In this document: piece after piece, positions 37,053 through 49,952 of the stretch | How positions within the stretch are numbered: position 1 is the first letter of the stretch | Layout: each line of letters opens with the position of its first letter | NCBI GenBank assembly: GCA_025201805.1 | Contig: MU619283.1 | Coordinates: forward strand, 1-64,000 | Length of the DNA stretch: 64,000 nucleotides | Direction of reading: 5' to 3' | From: Parasitella parasitica NRRL 2501 | Lineage: Eukaryota > Fungi > Mucoromycota | Translations under genes and position numbers: made by a program | The notes under the pieces: model-generated | Databases searched by the model: none | The model's input: the letters and a program-made list of their open reading frames with translations, nothing else | Told to the model about the DNA's origin: nothing

Positions 37053-38031
37053 GCCAAGCATGTCGATACTGAGTACCTCCTGCGTATTATTAGAGCTAAA
37101 GCAATCAGCAAAGATGTCACAGTTGACAACACGATGTACGTGTCACTAGCCACCTTGCTTCGAGATGTCAACAATACAACCGACCAAAGAAAGTTGAAGA
37201 TAGAAATGAACCGACTATTTGAAGTTGCTCCCAAAGAGGATGAAAATATTTGTCGATTTGGTCAACTTCGAATAACTTTCTCTTGTAGGAGAGATGGGAT
37301 TGACTGTAAATATCTTGGACCCTATTCTTTCACATATATTTCATTGCCTTGACAACAACAAACATCTCATTTGATTAAATCGCAAAGACGAAATCACAAC
37401 AATATTCCGTCCAGATGCGGTCCCACAGAAAGCAGAAATTATCACTTTGGGATATGCAGAAGTGAAACCGCCATAAATTTTAATGTTTTTTGGTGAAAGC
37501 GCCGAGAGCATTCGCTGCAATCTTCAGTCCAATCCAGAGTATGGTAACAGGCTATAACACTTCCCAAGAGAGGCTACATTCCGGCTAATTTTTTCCTCTA
37601 TATCAAACTGTTTTTGCCAGGCATAGACTGCAAGACCACCCGGAACGAATCCCAGGTTGATTACAATCAAGCCAGCTTGATTTGTTAAGGTATGTTTGCT
37701 CGCCATCTTATGCTACGAAAATCAATCGAAAGGTGATTGCGATACAGTGTATTGGTTACCAGATGGTGTTATACTTGGTATCAGAGTTATTAAAGAGAAT
37801 AACACATATGGCTGAGATATTATCAATTGATGTACCTAAAAAAATTGCTGAAATTGGTGGCTTTCTGCAACAGGTAGACGACATTGAAAGGTTATTCCTA
37901 TTGTATGAGCATCAAATGGATACTTGCTACAAAAATTCAAGAGCACTAGAGGAAAAGACCCTTCTTCACTGATTGACTCAATTAACCCGAAACGTCGCAA
38001 CCAAAGAATCCCCTCGTTCTCTTTGGTATGA
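37053..38031 (+). pseudogene. pseudogene of PD-(D/E)xK-like (Crinkler/REase-like) protein
   Basis: Frameshifted pieces YLGPILSHIFH..FRPDA..FGYAEVKP..GMFAR..IAIQCIGYQMVLYL..MAEILSIDVP. 5'-truncated at the inverted-repeat boundary. Confidence 0.6.
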
Positions 38032-38553
38032 TGTTTCTCGCCCCCCCCCCTCCCTTCCCTTCCCCCTCATATTTTTTTTCCTCCTGTAGTCTTTATCATG
38101 TATCAAACTAAAATAAACCATACCCAAGTCATTTATTTTCATATAAAGGCTTTTAAACTAATTTCATTCACAGTATTATGGAGATTTATTGCATATTGTC
38201 ACAGTGAAACTCCTGAATTTTCAGGATTCGGTATAAACAAAATAAAAAAATCTATTGCAAACGTATTTTTCCGCTGGAGAAGTTGTAGTCTTCAATGGAC
38301 TCGCGCTTCATTTGGATATAATAACCAGCAGCAAGAGGAGCAGTGCATCTGCTATTCTTCATGACAAAAGGATCCAAAAAGTGCTCATGCAAATGATCCA
38401 CTTATCCCTTTGTACGGTATTACCGGTAATCGACGGTCTGCTTCAAACAATGTGTGAATTGGACCCTGTCATTTTCTGACGGGTGCCAACCATCTATATA
38501 TCCAACAGCTACAGAGTTTCAATCGCAACGCTTTATTAAAATTGCATACGTTG

Positions 38554-40510
38554 TTATTTTTTAACACGCACTATATATCTGCTGATAATGGCAGCAATAA
38601 GAGCCATTAGGCCACCAAAAGCCAGTACAGTAGATACATTAGATCGGCCTTCATCGTCAGGATCATTGACCTCTCCGGAAGCGGCGAAAATAAGCGCCGA
38701 GATGATTGCAACTGCAAACTGGGGAAAGACAATGTACATGTTATGAACACCTAAAATCATGCCTGCATCAAATTCGTCTTGCTGATCTTCGAGATGATTT
38801 TGTGTAGCTTTTTTACGGCATTCATCTTCATAGCTTACGTACTCACCAACTAAGGAAAATGGAATCCAAAGTACAATTGCCCACGGGATACCCATAATAG
38901 CCAACACCACAGTTGCAGCAGTAACTGAACGGATGAACCAAGCCGAGAGCAATGCACCTGCAATAATCAGCTGGGAGCAGGTGTACACGTTTAGCAATGA
39001 TAGCCACCAGACGCCTTGCTTTTCAAAGCGCATGACAAGTGCAGGAATTACCATTCCGGCAATAACGGAGACCATAGAATTACATAGAAGCGCAAAAGAA
39101 CCAGCACGAGTGCCTTCAGCCCAATTGTCATCACCAGGCGAAGTAGCCGGATGAGATGCAAAATATAGATCAGAAACCCATTGCGTGCTTATGCAATACT
39201 GGTTATCAGAATAATAATCAAGCGCGAATTATAAAAGTACTCACCTATAGAATAAAAATGGGAACCAACCCATCCAGGCAAAGAACTGAGTATTGCACAA
39301 GGACTGAATTGGCTTTGGCAAGAATCGGAATGCGCGCCAAATGTATTGGAATGTGTGATACCATGGCCTAAGGTAACAAGCTCAATACGTTTGGAATTGG
39401 ACATATGCACTTGTACTTACAATCCGTCTTGATCCTCAGTGTCTATATGCTGTTTTTCCTTGACAACAACGCAAGTTACTGCTAATGTAGCCACGAATAC
39501 AGCCATTGCAACAATGCAGAAGACCTTGATCTGTGAATCGCCCATCCATGGAAAATACTTTACCAAATCCATAAAACCAACGAAATATCCAATAACCATT
39601 GCAGAATTACTCATTCGCGCACTCCACGCATTAGCATATTCTTGCTGCCAAAGAGGTGGTACATCTAATATCAAGGCACGACAAATAGCTTGTACTGCGT
39701 TCAAAGTAAAATCGAGGAAATAAAACGAGGAAACAGCGACAACTATTGCGTAGAAATGTGCCTGAACATAGTTTATGTTTAGGAGTCAGCGATACCGTCA
39801 AGATAGGTTCACTTACAGATTGACTAAATTGCTCTGGAGCATAGAAAGTACGTGCGATCCAGGCACCGAACTCTTTCGCATAGGCAACGCCAACCATAGA
39901 CAAGCAAGTTAAAATACCTGATACAACAATGAAAGGTCTTCGTTTGCCAAATTTTGAAGTGCATTTATCGCTAAACGCGCCAATGAGCTTCAAAAAAAAA
40001 AAATACAAAATGAATCTGTCAATGGCCTGATTCAAAGATAAGATATTCAACTTACGGGTTGCACGAGTAGCCCAGAAAGAGGGCCCGCCAGCCAAACCAG
40101 AGCTGTCAATTCTTTTGACAAATCCAATGATAGCAGATATGGTGTCCCATAACTTTTAAACACAAATTATCAGATAAGCTTTGTTGATCTATCTGCAAAT
40201 TTACTTACGATAATTCAACTGTCCCTGAATATGTCGATAGTTTCTCAGTATTTGTTGTACAAATTATAGTTCTCAACTTACATGTGAATTGAACACCTGC
40301 CATACAAATAGTTAGGCCCAATATTTGCATTAGATCAAGACCAGCTTCTTTCGCCACATCTTGAGTTGAAGGGGTATCAGCAATTGTTCCAATACTGTTA
40401 TAAGTAGTTGGATCAAATGAAGACCTTCTCCGTCTGTTTTTTGGTCTTGACAGTGGAGGCTTTTGCTGTTGCAATAACGGCGAAGTTTCGTTATTATTAT
40501 TAGTAGTCAT
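38554..40510 (-). CDS. MFS sucrose/alpha-glucoside:H+ symporter (SUT/SLC45 family), multi-exon
   Basis: GVQFT..VELSY, WLAGP, SDKCTSKFGKRRPF, DFTLNAVQ, QFFAWMGWFPF and GVHNMYIVFPQF motifs. Confidence 0.92.
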
Positions 40511-41176
40511 TCTAAATGTTAAGCTGGGGAAAAGAAAGAAACTGCAAGAATGGGATCTGTGCAAATCTTATTTAAAGCAACTTTTTTTTTTTTTTTTTAC
40601 ATATCATATGATAAAGTAATTTAGGAGGTTGAAGGCAAGCATGTTGAGTGCCCAGGTTTTTGACATAAGGAACCAATCATTCACTCACTTATCATATGTC
40701 TTGCTGATTATTATCATCCCCCTCCTCAGTCTTCATCTTTATATTTCAACGTCTGACTGAAAAAAAAAGGAGTATACACCCTAGAATAGCTCACGATCGG
40801 GAAGAGACTGATCATGGTTTTTTTTTAAAGTTCTACTCATCATATATTTATGTTTATACACATAAAAAACTCCCATTGTATGTAAGGGCGCATGATTATG
40901 TACCATACAATTACAATGAAATAATGCACCTTTTTTATTGTGGCATAAATTAAAAACATCATATATGTAAATGAACAAAGCTCTACGGCAATTCATTTAA
41001 ATTTTGTATAGAACTACAGAAAATATAAAATCGATGATTCATGTCGTATTTACTAGAATTGATTGTGTTTGCTTGGTTCTTTTTATCTATGATTATATAA
41101 AAAAGGGGTGAGGAGGAGAAGTGGGAGCATTCTGAAGGGGTTGGAAATGTCAAGAAAAACCACAGTAGAGATATTC

Positions 41177-42699
41177 TTAGGCAGAAACTTCATTAGAAGC
41201 GCTTTGGGCAACTTGGATTTCACGTCTTTTGATGGTGGTGGCAAGTACCTGTGATCGGAAAGAAAGACCCTTTGTGCGTTCGATAACTTGCTGGTAAACA
41301 GATGTTACTGGTGTGTTCATAATGACAGTGTTTTCTTCAAAATCAATCTTGGCGTCGACGCGAGTATCTCTAATCAAATTGACGATCCATTTTTCACCTT
41401 CTTCTTGAGACAGATTTAATCTTTGAGACATTTCCTTGATATCGATCTTTTGGTGAATTCTACAATACGTTTCAGAAATAAACTGTCTAGCACTTTCCAT
41501 AAAGTCCTCATGAGTGGCAGCCAAAAAGAAGTCGTTGCTCAAAACATCCTCACATTCCTTCAATTTCTTTTGGGCGCCTTCAAAGTCGAAATGGACAAAA
41601 AGAGCTTCGACAAATTCAGTAACGGGGTCCCTGTACTCGTATGATTCTTGCTCAATAATCTTGACCAACTCCTTCATTTGATTCTTTCTACGCTTGTTGG
41701 TAACGACAGCTGTGGCAAGATAACGTAAGATCCAAGGGCAAGAAGTTTGAATAGTGTTGATATATTGAGGGGTAAGGAACATATCAACAATGCCATCACG
41801 ACCCTTAGGGTGGTTAAAGAACACGAATAAGGACCAATGAAGTAGCCATGTACGCTGCTGAAGTTGTTGAAGAGGTGATGTGAAATTTTTTTGATCAATG
41901 GTTTCTCTAAGTTTTTGCATTTCCTCAAGAGCAGCGTCCCAATTGCCTGTTAAAATTTCAGCTGCCATCTTTCCCCAAGTAGCGGAAAGAGTACGGTCGG
42001 CATCAGTAGACTAATAAAATGTCAAATAATTTGTTTGATATTTCAAAATTATATCATTTACCAGAACGCGGAAGTGATAAAGGTAATCAGCAGCTCCTCC
42101 ATAATCACCACAATTGTATTGAAATTGACCAAATTCGTACAAAATATTGATAGAATCATCAGTAAACTAAATAAACCGTGTTAATAAGACACGAATAGAT
42201 AAATTACGCTGCTCTGCTCCGTTTACTTTGTAATTTTCCTTTAAATACTGCAAATTTTGTGTCTTGTCTTGACGAAGAGCAGCAATAACATCAGGTTTTT
42301 CGAGAATATCCATAACGGTTTGAGCTTTTGATCTTAAATCTTCCATTTTAGACAAAACAATCTCTCTCTTTTCAGTAAACTCTATGATAAACATGAATAA
42401 TCACAGAGTATCGTGTTAATTCGATTGTACTTACCTTTGGGCGCATCCTCAGTATTATTAAGCTTTTTGTACAGATCAAGAACAAAATCAACCATGTTGG
42501 AGCTCTGGAATAAGTCGTACTTGGCTTGAAGTAGCTCCTCGGGAGCGTAAACCTATTGTTTTATTCATTTAATGCTGGTCAATCAAAAAATTAATATTGA
42601 ATCTACTTCTTTGAGCTCTAGGAATTCAATGAGGGGGAAAACGAGATGGCGATCCAAGAATGGAATCATTCTCATAGTCAAATCTTGAGTGGCTGCCAT
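41177..42699 (-). CDS. EIF3E: translation initiation factor eIF3 subunit e (Int6)
   Basis: [39 protein letters not shown] and PCI domain [16 protein letters not shown]. Confidence 0.96.
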
Positions 42700-42818
42700 T
42701 TTGCTTTAAATAGGATAATGGAGCTTCAACAAAGGAAAGAGGAAGAAACAAAAAATTTTGGAAGGCTTATAAACTTAGTCGCTTGCACAGTCACCTAAAA
42801 GCAAAACTTTATAATCGT

Positions 42819-44045
42819 TTAATGATTAGGCATTTTCATATTATCTAAAGGGTGCAATTGATTTTCAGTGTAAAAAGAACAGTTATTATCATGTTCGCTA
42901 TTCCGAGCTAAACGTATCTTGGGCGATAGATTCGTATCGCCTAATTTAGAAGACATCGAATATTTCTTTTTAGAAGAATTGTTGCTATTATTCTCCTGCC
43001 ATTGAGAATTGACATCTGGCATCCAAGCTATGATATTCTGAGTGCGATCAGACGAAAGAGAATCCCTTGAGTTTACTTGGTGTTTTCTTTTGTATATCGG
43101 TTCTTCAGGCTTAATAAGAGTGTTTGTTTTTATGACACTATTCTTTCTCAATATTTGATCTACTTGTCCTAATGCTAAACTATGCCTTTTAGAGGGCCTA
43201 ATTGATTGGTAATAAGATGTAGGCTTTTGATTACTATCCCGAATGGTCTTCTTTCGCTGTTGTTGCTGAAATGACGATTGTTGCGAATTCATAGACATGA
43301 AGGAGCTACTCCTGGCCGATCGATCCAATCTTTGAGACACTGGTTCTTTCACCCGAAAAGGATACGGCAAGGCCATTCTTTCTAAGATATCAGTATTGGG
43401 ATAATCCAGAAAATTTCTTATACTTGTAGGTGTTGGGATGTAGAATCCTGTTGATGCCGTTCCTGTAATTACTGGTTGCTCAGAGAACGGATACGTAAAT
43501 GCTGAAAAATCTTGATATCTATCAAGTAAAGATGGTATTAGCTTAGTTACACTGAAGATCCTCTAATCGTTATGTAATACTTGCATCTACGAACGAAATT
43601 TAGCGGTTTTTCAAGATATTAAACCACATTAACTTACACTGTCATCATCTTCATTACACAAAATCGAGTTGCTTTTACAAGACGAAGAACTGTAATCTTT
43701 ATCTGAAGCGCCTGATTGAATTATTTCATTTGCCATTAATGAACTGATTGGTCTATGCTGGGAACAACTCGTTAAAGTGGAATGCTCTTGTGTTTCAATA
43801 TCCAGCTGATCGAACGTCTGTTGTAATAACTGTGCTGTATCTTGTGGTGTATCCTCATCCTCAGTAACAAGTGAATGCAGCTGTCTTTCTATGTTGGGTG
43901 TATATACAGACGATCTATTTGACAAGGGCTTATAACTACTGTTATTACTACTCTGTAGACTTGTTGTTGAGGAATTTACGAAAAAATCCATATTATGCCA
44001 TCCATAAAAAGGAAGTTGTTTTTGTACTGTTTGTGGTGAATCCAT
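42819..44045 (-). CDS. hypothetical Ser-rich protein (spliced)
   Basis: Two long ORFs (43629-44045 and 42819-43376) on the same strand with intervening GT-AG signals; low complexity. Confidence 0.6.
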
Positions 44046-45776
44046 TGAATGATAATAAGATGTAGTTTTTTTTTTTTTTTTTTTTATAAATTGAAACCTT
44101 TTGTACTGATTAAATTTTTTCTTTTTTTGCGAAACCCAACAAGTAGATAGACTATTATTTTTAGTTCTATGAATCGTTTGTAAAATTATACATTTCTTTG
44201 AGCCGATCACATCCTTATAACTTCCGTGCACAACATAAGCTCATCAGATGTAATGAATCTCTCCAACTAATTATCTGATATGCGCAAATGTTGGATGATG
44301 CCAAATACATGAGTACATGTGCTTAAAAAATTCAAGTCTCATATGTACTATCAATCTAATTTGCATGTAGTATATCTTATAATGATAAAATTTGATGACC
44401 TAGTTTTAATTATTGAATTGAAACAAGTTCTCCATATTTCATCTAATATCCTTACCAAGTACCAAGGTATACGTTGCTGAATGCAATCTTAACACCTTTT
44501 TCTTGGAGAAGCTATAATAATAGTTTCTAGTTCAAATTGTTAAATGGACAAATTCTATAGCTTTGAAAACATTATGGATATAATTTGACAGAAATATTTA
44601 ATCGGTTGTTCAGACAATCATACTATATGTATTCATTAGTCATTCATCATCAGGATAGCAAGATAATCCTATCATAGCTATTTAGATCGTTCTTAAATTT
44701 AAATATTGGGGGTTTTTTTTTTATAAACGTGTGGTTGATCTGACGATGTATCAAGAACGGTGTAATGCTTTGTTAAAGAATAATGAAATAAATAAAAACA
44801 GACTGTGATTGGCAGTTGACAAAGATCCAAGTTGATCTTTCATTAGCTTCTAATCATGCGGTAAATCTTCTAGTTATACGGTTAGATACAAAAAAAAAAG
44901 ATAAAACCAGAAGTTAACAAGATACGAAAACTTGATAATACTTTATTTAAAATTGAAATTGCATCTGCTAATTATACCTTGTCTACAACTACATAAATTT
45001 ATGGTGACTTATTTAGATTATTAATGGACAAGGCTAATTCACAGTGACAACCTACTTGACAGGGCACGATGTGAGGTTGTACAACAAGGGCTACATGTCT
45101 TTGATCTGACAGTGCCTTAGCCTTTATCCTGGTGCTCAGATCTGTGAGTTACAACAGGAATAAACTTCTTGATTTGAAACAGAGACTTCATTCTCCAATT
45201 TACACAAGCATATCACATCACATCATTGGACGATCTTCAATCTTCAATTGAAGTACATTGCCATGATTTCTTATCTATAATTGTAGCAGATCAATATAAT
45301 TTCATGATTAATACTCTTAAAAACATCACGTGGCCATTTCTCTTTTGAGAGCTGGTATTGCGTAAGTTGATAACTAAAAAAAAATACACACGCATCACTA
45401 CTTGATGCTCTGCGGTGCGGGTTTTGTGAAATTGGTAGCGATGTTTTGGAAAGATCTTGCAGTAAACAGGTCAATGCCGAGACTAATTAGACTGTTTTGC
45501 TGTTGTTTAAGTGTATATTATGTCAAATAACTAGGATGGTATATGGTATCTCAGCGATAGAATAGCAAATAATTATATATGACAGTATTTTAAACGTAAG
45601 AAAGTTCGATTTATTTCAAATATGAAGCATAATTCCATATATATTTCTAAGATGAGACGTTCCTAGAATTCAACATCAGGTTCAGGAACGTAGCTTCAAT
45701 TGGCTCAGACTCTGATCACGTGCGGATAATCAATTAGCACCACCAAAAAAAATTTACATCTATAACATCTATATCA

Positions 45777-45848
45777 TCCTCAATGGTCTAGTGGCTAGGA
45801 TTCATCGCTTTCACCGATGCGGCCGGGGTTCAATTCCCCGTTGGGGAA
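45777..45848 (+). tRNA. tRNA-Glu (TTC)
   Basis: Acceptor stem TCCTCAA/TTGGGGA, D-arm GGTCTAGTGGCTAGGATT, anticodon arm CATCG-CTTTCAC-CGATG, T-arm CGGGG-TTCAATT-CCCCG, followed by a T-run terminator. Confidence 0.97.
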
Positions 45849-46918
45849 ATTTTTGACTCAACCACACACTGTGGTGCGCGTAGTTACGGCATCCAATGTT
45901 TCTGTGAAGCTTTTTTTTTTAACTAAATTCAACATCAATGCAGCGTAAGATAATAAAAACTCGTCTTTTATCTCCTGCGATTACTTCTTATACTTTTTTT
46001 TAAGCCTGCCTGAGGAAACCTAACGTGAAGGGATTTTAAGCATATGATAACCTAGATACACTAATGTATAATAAGACGAACGGGTAATATTCAAAAAGTA
46101 TTGCTATTAAGAATCTTGATAAGTAGTGATTTAATAAGCCATATAATAGTCTTGACCTATTCCAAGAAAGTCTGAATTTTATGCTTTGCATGCATGCTTA
46201 CACCAGAAATCATGAACAAGGAGCCAAGTCTTGAAAAATTTGCGTATCAAAAATGAAGTTCTATTCGATTCATTGAATATCACGTATATAGGCAGATTTA
46301 AAATAAAAATGTAGTGTACCTTTAAAGATATATATTGCAAGGATATTTAAAATTTCAATAAAATTTGAGAAGTCTCAAAATATTTGTTTATAAGGTATAT
46401 TGCAATAAACAAAACCAGAAATTGGGGTTTATGGTATATTTTGAAGTGTAAATCTAAAGCTGTAATAATCAATCTGATGAAATGAGCACCTCTTAAAAAT
46501 ATTAGCATGCATAAAAATTTGGTTTATTGAATAATAGTAATAATTGCTACAAATTAAAAAAGTTTCTACTTACATTGCTCATATAAGTCGAGCTGACAAA
46601 CTATATAATAACTTGCACCTTCTGTTTTTGCGAATAAGTGCAAGAATTCATTGATATGTATAATAATCAATTTCAATATCTTAATTACCACACAATAGTA
46701 TAATAATATTGTATAAACAGCTCCAAATGACAGAAAATACAACCAGTTATATTGACAGCTTATTATGTATGCTTTTGTTGTGCCTTGGCATTAACTGTCT
46801 TCTTGTTGATTTAAGTAGTCAACTCCGCTAATGAGATCTTGATAAACAATTAACCAAGTTATCTCGTCCTTTTCTCCTTTTCTCTATTTTTTATACGTTT
46901 TCTGTAGTCTTACTATAT

Positions 46919-49753
46919 ATGACTTTATTCTCAAAGCTTACGAAAAGTGCAGGAAATACTGAGAAATTCATTTATCCTTGGTCGCAACGTAAATTAGGTG
47001 GTAATCATAATGCTTTACCGAGATTTGGACATGGTGCAGCTGCTCTCGATAACCAACAATTTCTTATTTTTGGTGGGATACACAAAGGAAATACTAAAAA
47101 AAAAATACTTCTTGTAGATACAAGTAAGCCAATAAAGCTCATATTACTGTAAACATAGCTCACTAAAACTCATCCGTGTAGACAATATATCTGTTACCTC
47201 ACTATCGACATCGGGTGATGTACCATCTCCCAGAAGCTTCACTACGGTCATTTCAATAAACTCTTTTATATTACGTAAGAAATGTAAAGTTGGATATCAA
47301 ACATGCAATTTATTTACGGATCTATTGTAGTTTATGGTGGCGAGCCAATTCATGCCAATGAAATGTGGGATCCGCACTTTTACGTTCTGCATACAAGTAG
47401 GCCTAAAAATGCTTTCAATCTGCCAATTGACAGCATCCCTAATCCTAAATCATAGATACTCGTCAATGGTCAAGAGTGCGCACAAAAGGAAAGTTACCGT
47501 CAGAAAGAGCAGGACATTCAACTTTTGTTTCTGATGATGGCATCATGTATATTTTTGGTGGCCATTTTCAAAGAAAATACCTGGGTGACTTATGCGCATT
47601 TAATGTGAAAGATTGTAAGCAAGATATCCATTGACATCTTGTTTGTATCCGGCTAATCATCTTTACAGATCCTGCCAAAGCAGAATGGGATTTCTTAAAG
47701 TACGAAAACCAAGGTCCAGCGCCGAGATCTGGACACGTTTCTGTGATTTACGACAAGAAACTATACATGTAAAGCTCCCAATTGAATTTCTCATCCTAAA
47801 TACTCATCCATTATTTTCGCTACTTAGATTTGGAGGCATGAATGCAAGCCATTTGTTTAACGATGTTTGGTGTTTTGATCTTGTAGCCCGAACTTGGCAT
47901 CAAATATCAGCTCTTGGCTTTATACCCGCTCCCAGAGAAAGCTGTGCAGCTGCATTAGTAGACGATACAATTTATATATTTGGAGGACGAGGAATTAATG
48001 GACATAGCCTAGGTGATTTATGCGCATTCAGAATCAAGAGTGAGTCAAATATTCGAAGAAAAGAGGGATCAGCGCCATTCTAATCGTAATGGTGAGATAG
48101 GTCAAAGATGGTACATGTTCCAAGGCATGGGAACACCTCCTTCACCTCGCTATGGACTCTCGATGACAGTGATTGGCAGCAAAATATACGTATTTGGAGG
48201 CGAATCTGTTGCTGGTAAAACAGATGATAGCGCATGCGTATATGCACTAGATTGCTGTAAGTCTTTGATTATAGAAATTTCATTGCTAGCGAACTAACAA
48301 GTTATTAATAGCCAAAATAAAGTTTCCTCCCGAGCCAGAAACCTCAGAAGGCGAAAATAATAAGGTCGATCCTGCAATGACGAGTACAATTAGAAATAGC
48401 AACAATTCGAATGCAACCAAATCTCAGAATCAGACGACAGAAACAAAAGTTGTACAAAATTTAGAGCTGCCTCAAGTGGAAACAAATACGAATCACCTTG
48501 ACTACCAGCAGCATTTATTCAACAACGATGATCAAAAAATCAGTTCGCCCATATCAGCATATTCGATGGAAAGCAATTGGAGTCATCCGAGCCAATCACT
48601 AAACAAAGTACTATCTCGTTCTCCCCCACTTCGACCGCCTCGTGAGGGAGTCACTCTAAACAAAACTCGCCCACAAGCTGCATCGACCATGAGCGATTCA
48701 TTCAAATTCAAACGAGAACTTCCATTTCAGCATCGATCACAGTTGCCACCAAAATTGTTCATCCCTAATATGAATAAACCCACAGCCAAGAAACCTGAGG
48801 AAAATGCAAAGTTATTGCTGGAAATCAAAGCTCGAGATACCATTATTTCAGAAATGAAGAAAAACGAACAATGGTGGCGAACGGAAGTCTCTGTGGCTAG
48901 ACAGTTACGACGAGATCAACAAGACGACACATGCCGAGACAAAGGGGATGTCCTGCTACATGATCTAGAACAGAAAGATGTACTGTTATTATTTCAGCAA
49001 CTTGAGGCTGTCAAGGCTGAGATTAAAAAGATTAGAGCCAGTGTAAATAAACAAAATGACCCAATATTTGAAAAGATTGAGCAAGTAGAAAACATAAGCG
49101 CAATTGCGCTAGAGGAAGCAGCCTACTATAAAGCAAAATACACAGCATTGAAATCGAGGGACAACGGGGCTCTGGATCTGCTGGAATCAGGTAGAGCTGA
49201 CATTTTAGAAACGAGGCTCAAGCTGGCATATCAAGAAAAAGACCATGTAAATCGAAAAATACAGACGTTGAGCTCTCAATCGCAACACGATCGATCTGCA
49301 AGAGTATTAGCAGAGGGGAGAGCCAAAGACGCGCAAAAGCATTCAGAGAAAGCGCAGGGAGCACATCAAAACGCACTGGAAAGATTGACCCAACTGTACG
49401 CGAAATTAGTCAAGCTTGAAGCGCAGGGTAAAGATGACGCTATTTGCATTGCAGATTTATCCAGCAAATTAGCGGACCGCCTGTCTCTAGTCCACACAAA
49501 GGACCAGGACGAGTCGCAACTGCGCATTGAAATTGCAAGATTAGAAGCAACAAACATGAAATCCAGGAATGAGGTTGCAGGTTTACTCAAAAAGTTGGAA
49601 GAAAGCAAAGACGATGAAAATAACTTGAAGCTGTTATTGAACGATAAGGATCAAGAGTACACCGAAGCAGTTTTGGAGCTAGAAAAGACATGTATACAGC
49701 TCGATTTACTTAAAAATATGCCAAATAACCAAACCGCTTTTACAGCGGTGTAA
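46919..49753 (+). CDS. Kelch-repeat plus coiled-coil polarity protein (Tea1/Kel1-like), multi-exon
   Basis: YPWSQ..LPRFGHGA; repeated IYIFGG/PAPRE/PSPRYG kelch blades; long coiled-coil C-terminus. Confidence 0.85.
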
Positions 49754-49952
49754 TAAAGTTGAGAGTTTTTGAGCCTTCTAAGGTAAAAATAATGTGTGTG
49801 ATTTGCGATCTACATATGGCTACAATATGACGCTTTATTCATGCACCATTGGTTAAATCTCTTACTACGTCATTTTTTGATCACAAACTTTATTAAAGCT
49901 GTTCGCGCAGCTTTTTTGTTGTTATTGTAATTACAACATCGCTACAACAGAA

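Noticed and set aside
44250-46900. centromere or ncRNA locus in the long AT-rich gap
   Set aside because: Only the tRNA-Glu is supportable. Short hairpins and Kolobok-like ends (e.g. GTGTACCTTTAA near 46315) have no confirmed partner, and there are no flanking LINE arrays.
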